Assembly: GCA_937625935.1 (NCBI GenBank) | Contig: OW569349.1 | Coordinates: forward strand, 62,001-126,000 | Origin: Tetramitus jugosus | Taxonomy: Eukaryota > Protista > Heterolobosea | Length of the DNA stretch: 64,000 nucleotides | Direction of reading: 5' to 3' | Shown: piece by piece, positions 54,056 through 64,000 of the stretch | Layout: every line of letters begins with the position of its first letter | How positions within the stretch are numbered: the stretch's first letter is position 1 | Position numbers and translations under genes: made by a program | Notes under the pieces: generated by a model | The model's database searches: none | The model's input: the letters and a program-made list of their open reading frames with translations, nothing else | Told to the model about the DNA's origin: nothing

Positions 54056-54301
54056 ATACACTTGAACTGTGTCAGATAAAGTCAAGTGTAAAAAACTCCG
54101 TAGATTTGTTCCATCCATTTCAGAACACGACAAAAAAAGCCATGTGACTGACAGCTGTCGCCAAAAGGTAGACATCTACCGCCCAACGTCTGTCAAAACC
54201 GAAAAAACTGGAGGAATTTCGGCGCTTGTGACAAAAAGAAAAAGCAAACCAACAACAAACAACAAGCAAAGAAGCAACCAACTTGAAATCGGTATCCAAT
54301 C

Positions 54302-57300
54302 ATGATCGCTCTATTGACTCTGCTTGTTGTGTTTGCCACAACCATCTTGCTCTCCTTCAAGAATGAGATGTTTCGCATCTATATGAAGTAAGTCATCACT
54401 ATCACCCCATCATCATCATCATTATCATCATAACCTCAAATTATTCAAATCTTGTTTATTCACGCTCACTCTCTCTATAGACAACAAATTGACAAAGTCA
54501 TTGACAAGATGGATCAACTCTTGACAAACAAGCACCATCGTGCAAGTACAGGTGATTGGAATGAGAGTGCAGAACAGGATGAGGCTGTTGCTTCCTTGTT
54601 GCCCTCACTCAGCATGAAGGAAGATGAAATGATTCAACAATTGCCAGACTCTATTCGTCAAGTCATTCTCTGCAACAATGAACAATCCAACAACAACAAC
54701 AACAAGCATTCATCATTGTCCAAATCACAACAACAACAACAAAAACATCAAAAACAACAATCGACCACTTCTTCTTTTGTCAAATCAGAAGAAGAGGACG
54801 ATGAAGAAAAGAGAGCAGAACGTGAATTGCTCAATCAGTTGAATCCTGCTGTACAAATGGGATTGAAACCCACTCGTTCCGTTCGACATCTCATTTCTCA
54901 ATTCGAACAAGTGTCAACGACAAGCGACACTCAACCATTGTCCGATCAGAGTCGTCGTGCCATTGTAGGTGGTGTCGCTGTGATGAAACCGTTGATTTCA
55001 ACGCAACAAAAGACGGCACAAGACAGCACAAAGACACCTTCTATGCAACAACAGAGAGAACAATTGCTGGATAGCTTGTTGCCAAAAAAGACGTTGGAAG
55101 CTTCGATTTTGGACTTTATTGTGGATGATGAGGATTATGTGTTGCATTTGGGTCGATTGATTCCAGAGTTTTACCAGAAACCGATTCAACAATTCAGAAA
55201 GAAACGAGAGGAAGAGAGCAAGAACAATGAGAGAAACTATGAGTTGTTGGAAGTGTTGTTTGACACGTTGGCAAAGAAAATGGCAGCCGACAAGTCACAT
55301 CTCAGTCTGTACAATGTGAAGAAGATGGTGTTGGATCATCCACAGAAATCACAATTGAGCAGAGATGTAAAGTTTTTGAATTCGTTGAGCGAGCTTGTGA
55401 TGCAGTTTGTGATGGAGAGCTTGAGCAAGGAATATATTCCCTATGTGAGAAAATATATTGCGATTCGACCAAAGATTCAAGCCCTGTTGAGCGACAAGGA
55501 CAAGTCTCTCGAGACGTTTATTCGTGTCGAGTTGGACAAGGCAGCTGAAAACGTGCAAAAGAATGGCAAGGAGTTTAAGAATATTCTGTCATTGGAGGAG
55601 ATGATTGCTGAGCCGTGCGTGAGACTATCCACTTATTTGAAGACGTTTAGAGATGAATGGTATCCTTATGTGAAGCACGCTGAATTGTCATCCAAGTTTG
55701 TCAAATCAACAGAGGAACAAGAGTTGATCAAGCAAGCTGCATTTAGACTTGAGAATGCGTTTGGAAAGTTGGAGAGAGAAATGAAGGACAATTTCCAAGC
55801 ATTGGGGAAAGCGTTCCAGATGAACAAGATTTATGCGATCCAGAAGAGACTGAACATGGATACACTGTCAAATGAGACGACCGATATTTTGGCCACGAGC
55901 TCACGAAGACAAGATAAGCGCAGCTCGAACGATGTACTCCTCACAGAGAGAATTGGTGCAATTCCAAGTTTCATCTACGAGTGCATGGATGAGTCAGAGT
56001 ACCTATATAGACTCAAAAAGTCTGGTGAGAAGGAGAACGAGTTTGCCTGTGAGTGCTACTTGTTTGAAAACATGTTGATTCTCAGCTGGATCAACACAAA
56101 GATGAACCGAAAGAGAGAAAATATGATTTATGATCTCAAGGGATGCACCGTTGAGTCCCTAGGAGACAAACAGTTCATGATGACAATCCTGGGAGAAGAA
56201 CATTTGTTTGAGTGCAAGACAAAGGGCGCACGTGCCAAATGGGTCCGTTGTCTGCATACCTTGTTGGAAAATCCATTCTTCTCCACGGATACTACACGAA
56301 AACTCGCAGAGCACATTCGTCAAACCTCTGCTCAATTGGACACTGCACAAGACTATTATGCGGTTCCATTGGAAGAATTGTATCAGAAGCCTCAGTTGTG
56401 GTCCTGCTTTGAAGACAAGGACGACAGCTACAACATCATGTATGAAAAGTCTGATACTGTGAATAGTTTGAAGAGAACTGTCAGGGCTGCTACGTTGCCC
56501 AAACTGGTTTATCTGTTGACATCACCTAGCTTGTTTGACAATTCATTCCTTCACTCGTTCATGATGACGTATCAGTCCTTTACTACGTCAGAAGGCTTGA
56601 TCGAACAATTGACTAACAGGTACAACATGCCGCCGCCAAAGGACATTTCACTCGATAAACTCGAGTTTTCTAAGTTCAAGGAATCTACCTTGTTCCCTAT
56701 TCGTATCAGAGTGTGTCAAGTAGTGAAACACTGGATACAGCATCACAGTTACATTTTCAGAAATGATGCAAGAGCACGAAACAAGTTGTCTCAATTCATT
56801 GAGCAACACATTGCCAAAACAAAGTTGTTTTCATTGGCAGATGAGTTGAGGGATGACTTGGACAAGTACACACAAAAGAGAGATACATTTGCTGAACAGC
56901 AACTGAGAATGCTGAGTCAAAAGGTGCAAGACTTGCAGTTGACCTCATCCATCAATAGTCCTTTCAAGCACAAGAGCTCAGCTGTTGAGCCACCAAAGCC
57001 CGTCCTGCCAAGAAACTCCCCAATCAAGAGTTTGACAAAATCGCGATCAAAGAATGCTTCATCCATCATGGATTGGTCCTCTGTTGAGATTTCACGTCAA
57101 TTGACACTCATTGAGTTTGCCCTGTTCGAGAACATTCAAGTCAAGGAGTGCCTCAATGAGAACTGGTCCAAGAAGGAAGGTGATATGGCACCGAATCTGA
57201 ACGCCATGATTCAAAGATCCAATCTCGTCGTCTTCTTTGTCGCACACGAGATTTTGAAACAGAGTGCCATCTCCGCCAGAGCACACGCCATCCAAAAATG

Positions 57301-57829
57301 GATCAAAGTAGCTAGAGAGTGCAGAAAGATTAACAACTTTAACGCCTGTAGAGAAATTGTGGGTGGTCTGAGAACAATTCCCGTTTCGAGACTGGATCAA
57401 ACATGGGCCAAGGTCGACTCTAAGCTCAAGAAGGAGTTTGATGAGTTGGTCGAGCTCGTTTCGCAAAAGAAGAATTACAAAAATATGAGAGATGTGCTGA
57501 GCAGTTGTCCACCACCATGCTTGCCCTACGTTGGTACCACTCTGCAAGACCTTACATTCTTAAACGAGGGTAATAAGGACGTTGTACAGAACACGAATCC
57601 TAAGCCTAGCAAGGAGAACCCCCATGCGCCTTATCAACCACAGTTGATCAACTTTTTCAAGAGACAAAAGATTGGTGTTGTCATCAGAGCCTTGCAGCAG
57701 TATCAACAAACGAGCTACATTTTCATTTGCGTTCCAGAGCTAGCAAACCGTTTGCAGAACATGGTTGTCGTGTCTGAAGCCAAGCTCTTTGAGCTCTCAT
57801 TGGCCGCTGAACCAGAAAAGAAGGAATAA
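54302..57829 (+). CDS. SOS-like RasGEF (DH-like, PH, REM, CDC25) with N-terminal hydrophobic exon; intron 54388-54480
   Basis: AATLPKLV, FMMTYQSFTT, EISRQLTLIE, NNFN, PPCLPYVG..LQDLTF, INFFK; join MK|QQ in frame. Confidence 0.9.
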
Positions 57830-58197
57830 ATCTTTGATTTTTTTTTCGAAAATACAACCAATGTGTACTTGCGGAACATCAAGAGTTGAAATGCTATCAT
57901 GGTGATTTGGGTTCATTTTTGTGCTAAAAGATTATCTACTTCTTTGTTTTTACTGTCTGTTTAATGCAGTTTTTATTAGGTACCGCAAGCTTGTTTGCAA
58001 TACAATAAAGTTTTTCCTTGTCTTGCGTGTGTGCAAATGAATGATCACTTACAGTGGTGAATAATATTGTATGGGTCCAGTCGACTGGAGTGAATTGAGA
58101 TGGACTGTCAAGCAAGGTGAAAGCAGAAAAACGTCAAGAGTGAGAGCTAGCGGTTAGTTTGTTGTCCCAGAGGTCTGTTCTGAACTGTTGTTGTTGT

Positions 58198-58386
58198 TTA
58201 AAAGAGACATCTGATCACATGTGGTCTGATGAGACTTCGATCAATAGCTTTTATCTTGTGTCTTCTGAGAAGGCCAGATTGACGGTTGTCAATGTCTTGT
58301 TCATGGTTGTTATCTTTGGTGTTGTCAGAGTCCAAAGAGATGTATTGTGTGCTTGTGGTATTGAAAGAAACAGTGGAGAATGACAT
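58198..58386 (-). CDS. Putative 62-aa small protein ending VIRCLF
   Basis: ATG preceded by an A/C-rich leader like those of neighbouring genes; sits in an otherwise empty 1 kb gap. Confidence 0.35.
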   Translation of the reverse strand: MSFSTVSFNTTSTQYISLDSDNTKDNNHEQDIDNRQSGLLRRHKIKAIDRSLIRPHVIRCLF

Positions 58387-58821
58387 TGTGTGGCTTTTGG
58401 TATGGTTTTTGGTTGGTTGTACTTTTTCTGCTCAAGCAAAGACGTTTTCTTCGTTTGATATCCAGAGAGGTTCTGACATCAGCAGGTCAGTTCGTGCAAA
58501 TTCTCGAAGTTTCACGAAAATGCTGGAAGCAAAAGTCGAGTATTTTTTGAGTGAGAGATTTCACGACATGTCCGAAGAGAAAAAGAGACAAGTTGCACAT
58601 TAGAAGAGTCTCAAGGAGGATCGCAAAATCCAAAAAAGTCATCTTTATCCGTACATCCCGTCAGCTCTTGTTCGAGTGTCAAAATGGTTGTATTGGCGGA
58701 CTCCCGATAAGACCCGATGCATCACAAAGAGAATCCTGGATGTCTTTATATTCTCCCAGGAAAATATCTCTTCCTTGAAAACACAAAAGCACAACACAAA
58801 GGCCCACTTCAAGTGAAAACA

Positions 58822-61649
58822 ATGGGTGCAATCAAAGATGGTTGGAATCAAACAACTGCCCTTACAATCAAATCGCTCATTTTGCAGAAAAGAATGTGGA
58901 AGACCAATGTGTGTCAAGTGTTGCTGCCCGTCATTTGTCTCCTATTCATCTACATTTTGGACCGTGTTGTCACAGCTATCATCAAGAAGAATCTCGATCT
59001 GTTCACTCCGTACTTTTTGGACGCACCAAACAACACCAATATCGATGGTGTCATGTTCTCGTTAAAGTATGTACATGTACGATTGTGAAATTTGATTCGG
59101 ACGTTTGTGTACTCACACAACACAGACAACAATACTCTGTGCAACAAATGAATTCGTCGGCAAGAAAAGTGCTCGATTATGAGCCACCAGAATTTCTCTA
59201 TGTCTCCTACAACTCTACCGGCATTTCTGCTGAGACAATTGGAAGGTTATCAAGCGAAGGAGATGGATTCGGCTTTCTTGGTTCCATGTTCAACATTTCC
59301 GGCCAGCTTCGTGTAATTGTCAATCGAACGGCCAGTTCTACGGATGTTGAACAACGGACATTGCGAAAAATCCGCGGCATTTCGGGATTAGAAAATATCC
59401 GAGTGCCCTACTTTGTTGTGGCGCCAGACTCTGATACAGCAATCAACTCTGTCCTGTATGACTTTGCCTCCAATGGAACGCAACAGCTCAGTGCAGGTGC
59501 ATTGAAGTTTAACAAGTTGAATCTAGATCCTAGTTCACCCTTGATTGAGTACACGATCCAGGCTGATGATCTCGTATCCACTCTGTTCTGTGAAACTGTG
59601 AATACTTTGCTTGGCAGGACACAAAATTGTTACCATTTTGTGAGCTCCAACTTGGCAACTAACGTTCATGACACTGCACTGCAACAAATGACGAACAAAA
59701 AGTATGGAATCATGGGCACGTCTGCACAGATTCCCTATCTTGCACGACCACCCAAAGTGTTCCGTCTGGGCAATGTTTTGGGTGTTTTCTTCTTCCCTCT
59801 CGTTTTATCTCTCATGTTACCTGTTTTCACCTATACGATTGTATTGGAGAAAGAGTTTAAAATGAGAGAAATGATGAAGCTGATGGGAATGAAGATGTCG
59901 TACTACTGGATCAATACCTATGTATTTCAGTATTTGCTCTATTTGATTGGTGCGGTACTGTTTATTCTCCTGTGTGGTGCCTTCCGGTTCAGTATCATTA
60001 TCTCAACAAGTCCATTGATTTGGATTCTAATGTTGATCGGATGGGGATTCACACTTGTGAGCTTTGGTATGCTTTTGGCTGCTGTCCTCAAAACAACCAT
60101 GCTTGCCGTTGTCACTGGATACATGGTCGTGCTGTTAGGTCCTTTGTTCTCAACCACTCTATTACTGACTGGCGTTGTGAAAATGGGCAACTGGCCTTGG
60201 CAACTACTCAAGTTTGTTTTCCCATTCCCTCTTGTCAGTATCATATTTGCCGCTACGAAGCCGTGTATTTCGGATGAGTTGTGTAGCACACCGACACGTG
60301 ATATTGTCGACAATATTGATATTGGCATGGGTATCATTGCACTGTTTGTGGATGCTCTCCTGTACTTGTTGTTGGCTCTTTACTTGGATCGTGTCCTACC
60401 TCAAACTTGGGGAGTTGCAGCCAAGCCGTGGTTCCCCATTGAGTGGATCTGGAAGAACAAGTACGTCCGAAAGTGGAGAGACGAAAAGGAGATTGCTCGT
60501 GCTGAGGCCAATCGACCACCAAATTCGGCCGATGTTGAACTGCTTGCTCATGATGACGCCGATGAAGAAGTGTTACAAATGGAGAGAGCCATCGAATATG
60601 GCTCAATCGCAAAGCATGACTCTGGTGTATATATCAAGCATTTGCGTAAGGAGTATGATGGGCATCCACTGGTCAACTGGATCAAGTCCAAGTTAACAGG
60701 CAAAGAAACAAAATCCAAGGCAGCCGTGAAGAAACTGTCATTGGCCATTGGAAAATCTGAATGCTTTGGCCTCTTGGGAATGAACGGTGCAGGTAAGTCG
60801 ACAACTATGAACATCCTATCTGGTATCATTTACAAGACTAGTGGTTTCGCTGCAATCAGCGGGCGCAATATTGATACGGATATGGATTTGATCCGAAAGG
60901 AGTTTGGTCTATGTCCGCAATTCGACGTGTTGTATGAGGATTTAACATGTGCTGAGCACTTGCAATTCTATGCAAGAGTGAAAGGAGTTGAAAATGTCAA
61001 GAAGGAAGTTGAATATTTACTAGATAAGGTTCAGTTGCTTGACAAGAAAAACACTTTGGCTCAGAGCTTGTCCGGTGGTATGAGAAGACGTCTCAGTATT
61101 GCTCTGAGTCTTGTTGGTAACCCAACGACAGTGATGCTCGATGAACCTACAACGGGATTGGATCCAGCAACAAAGAGACATTTATGGGATTTGATTATTC
61201 AGGCAAAGAAAGACAAGTGCGTCATCTTGACGACTCATTCTCTCGAGGAGGCCGATGTGTTATGTGATCGTATCGGTATCATGACCAGAGGTATCATGAG
61301 CAGCATGGGCAGCTCTCTTTCTCTCAAGAATCGATACGGCAAGGGATACAGAGTGAGTATCAACTTTAAACCTGAACAGAGAGGGGCAGCTGATTCCTAC
61401 CTGAGAAGCATTATTCCTCAGGCTCAGTTGCACACGGAATTTGTCGGTAACATTGTTTATGAAGTCGCCAAGGAGCACATTCAAGTCAGCAAGCTATTCA
61501 CTCAAATGGAGCGAGAAAAGGCCGATCATGGAATCATCGAGTGGTCCATCAATCAAGGCAGTCTGGAAGACGTATTCCTCACGATTGCTCGATCTGATGA
61601 CACAAAGAACCCTGATGCCAAAGTTAAGCGGAAATGTGTCATCATGTAA
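58822..61649 (+). CDS. Half-size ABCA transporter; intron 59067-59125
   Basis: IVLEKE..MKLMGM, Walker A GMNGAGKST, CPQFD, LSGGMRRRL, LDEPTTGLDP, LTTHSLEEAD, SLEDVF. Confidence 0.93.
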
Positions 61650-61784
61650 CCTAAACGCACAAGATCGTCATCTGACAGCGACACACGCATGGATCCGCTC
61701 ATGTATATTTAACAACATTCAACCAATAATAAAATTCATTCCTGAGTATACGATCAACTCATCACCTCTATATCCCTCCCTCAC

Positions 61785-61970
61785 CTACTCCTCATAATGG
61801 ATCACCTTTGTTCGTTTGTCTCTCTGTGTGATCCGATCCTGTTCTCTGGATTTTCCCGACAGTTTCTTGTTTTCTTTGCCTTGTCTTCTTCGTTCGTCGG
61901 CTGCTTCTTTGATCCTTCGCTGTTGGGCTTTTTGAGCCTCCGTCAGAACCGTCTTTGCTTTCTTTGCCAT
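61785..61970 (-). CDS. Small basic helical protein (61 aa)
   Basis: K/R/E-rich ORF with ACACAAACACA-ATG leader; no family recognised. Confidence 0.5.
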   Translation of the reverse strand: MAKKAKTVLTEAQKAQQRRIKEAADERRRQGKENKKLSGKSREQDRITQRDKRTKVIHYEE

Positions 61971-62827
61971 TGTGTTTGTGTTTTCTTGGTTTCTGGCTTA
62001 TTAGTCCGAGAGGCCCAATTTTGATTCATTGATTATTCAATGAAGAGGTGCACTGTCGGACTTGCTTCAATTTATTTCACACAAAAAAATCAACGACAAA
62101 AAAACAAACACAAGCACATGTAGGTTATGTGTTCATTTCGTTCATTGGAGGAAGAATGGCCCTCAGCTGAGAAACAACAACAAGAAAAGGAAATTTTTTT
62201 TGACAAGACAATCAAGTGTCCACCACCACTCATGATACTTTACCAAGGAGATTCGACCAGAGAGATGATCAAGGAAGACAATTTGAGCTCTGCGGTCTCC
62301 TACTGAGGAATGGTCCACACAAGCTGGATGTTTTTTATGTTTTAGTTCAGTGTTGGCATGTCATACCTTCTTGTATGATATGCGTGAATATCTTGTGATT
62401 CCATTATTCTTGTTGATTCGCCCTTTGAAAAAAATCGCCAATAAAAGAAAAATCGATTATTTCTCGAGGAGACACTATTTCCTTTTTTCATTTTTTCGCT
62501 TCGGGTTCATGGTCCCCTACTTCTTGAATCGGGTTTGTGAAAAATCCGCGAATATTGTAAAGTAGTTTCCCCGGGGGAATTTGGGTGGGCTCTGAACAAT
62601 TTGGACGGACCAGACATTGGTTTAAAAGTCTGCACTTTTGTGCAACCATCTGTTTTTCAACTCTAGAAAGTCAAGAAAACAGGTGCAATCAGCTAACAAC
62701 ACACACAAAAGGAACCCACTCTCGAGCTTCCATTCCAACAACACCAAGACCACTGTCTGACCTGCCTGAAACCCAACACCTGACCTCGGAAAGCCGGATC
62801 TATAACACACAAAGAACACAAAAGACC

Positions 62828-64000
62828 ATGTCACAACAACAACAACAACAACAAGAATATCTAGCTGATGCACCATCGGGCAATGGAACAACAAGAACAA
62901 CACAACAAAGAGAGGAAGTCAAGGGTCATTTAATTATGGAAGATGGTACCGTTCTGAAGGGTATTTCCTTTGGTGCTCAGGTGCCCATCTCTGGCGAGTG
63001 CGTTTTCACCACTGCTATGGTCGGCTACCCAGAAAGTTTAACAGGTATGATGATGAATGCAAACACTTTCACACCCACAATTGAACAACGCTAGCTGTGT
63101 TGGTGAGGATCAGCCTCTATCTTGCTGCCTTGTCCGAAGTGTGCGACGCTTCGAATATGGGCACGCGAGAATTTTAGTGTGTTATTCCGATAGGTAGAAT
63201 TCCCGCGCTAACCCACCCATTTTTTTTACACAATTTTCATTCAGATCCTTCGTACTGCGAGCAAATTCTCGTTCTCACATTCCCATTGGTCGGTAACTAT
63301 GGTGTGCCTCCTAACGATGTCGATGAATTTGGACTGTTGAAATATTTTGAATCGGACAAGATTCATATCGCTGGTCTCATTGTTCAAGACTACTCGCACG
63401 ATTATTCACACTGGCAAGCCGTCAAGTCACTGTCCCAATGGCTCAAGGAACACAACATACCAGCTCTCTACAATGTAGACACTCGGTTGATCACTAAAAA
63501 GTTGTGCGAGTCTCAATCCATGCTCGGAAAGATTGTGTTTCAATCCAGTGATGCACAAGGTCTGACTTTTTATGACCCTAATGAGACAAACTTGGTGTCC
63601 AAGGTGACATGCAAGGAAGTGAAGGTGTACGGCAGTGGAAACACTTACAAGGTGATTGCTGTTGACTGCGGCATGAAGAGCAACATTATTCGCATGTTGG
63701 TCCAGAGGGACATGGAAGTCAAGGTCGTTCCTTATGACTACAATTTTTTGAACGAAGAGTATGACGGTCTATTTATTAGCAATGGTCCTGGTGATCCAGC
63801 CATGTGCACTCAAACCATTGATTACTTGAGAGAGGCAATCAAGCATGATAAGCCAATCTTCGGTATTTGCTTGGGCAATCAATTGTTGGGATTGGCCACA
63901 GGAGCTTCCACATTCAAGCTGCCATACGGTAACAGAGGTCACAATCAGCCTTGCGTCTCTCAATTGAACGACAAGTGCTACATTACTTCACAGAACCACG
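62828..64000 (+). CDS. Carbamoyl-phosphate synthetase glutaminase domain, N-terminus of CAD/URA2-like protein (truncated by window); intron 63045-63244
   Basis: [17 protein letters not shown]|[29 protein letters not shown] (catalytic Cys), [14 protein letters not shown]. Confidence 0.93.

Noticed and set aside
58076-58089. 14-bp perfect palindrome TCCAGTCGACTGGA
   Set aside because: One such palindrome is not unexpected in 64 kb and it has no supporting context
62509-62565. u[21 protein letters not shown] upstream of CPS as an arginine attenuator peptide
   Set aside because: No resemblance to the fungal AAP core (DYL..HxW) and probably upstream of the transcription start
1-64000. Alternative genetic code (TGA reassigned)
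   Set aside because: Several clear genes end at TGA at their expected C-termini (e.g. PP2C, rhomboid) and only one internal TGA was found
1-64000. CRISPR arrays, rRNA genes, prokaryotic operons
   Set aside because: None seen; the sequence is eukaryotic with spliceosomal introns

Overview
A gene-dense, intron-poor eukaryotic (protist) window using the standard code. It has GT-AG spliceosomal introns, about 30 protein genes and frequent poly-Q/N/S tracts. Tandem RGS-START genes plus a ciliary MKS1 homolog suggest a flagellated heterolobosean (Naegleria-like) organism; this is inference. Recognisable genes: kynurenine/2-aminoadipate aminotransferase, coronin plus villin, multi-RRM protein, TPR protein, Atg22-like MFS, alpha/beta hydrolase, rhomboid, SET protein, PTC7-type PP2C, MKS1, NT-C2/cyclase-like protein, dsRBD protein, two-EF-hand protein, APH/ThrB-like kinase, receptor pseudokinase, Fic protein, eIF3c, peroxisomal sarcosine/pipecolate oxidase, two RGS-START paralogs, SOS-like RasGEF, half-size ABCA and the 5' end of CAD/CPS. 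The most striking feature lies between the RGS-START paralogs. Two divergent, 5'-truncated, oligo(A)-tailed non-LTR retrotransposon remnants are stacked about 40-55 bp upstream of an intron-containing tRNA-Glu(TTC) gene, with their 5' ends facing it. This is the geometry of Dictyostelium TRE5 elements and suggests an independent tRNA-gene-targeting retroelement system. Other highlights are a coronin-TM hairpin-villin fusion split by a +1 frame change, an in-frame TGA in an otherwise intact kinase, two highly structured introns (CAD and EF-hand genes) and a K-Ras-like CVIM tail on an ABCA transporter. All homology calls come from motif recognition by eye, not from database searches.
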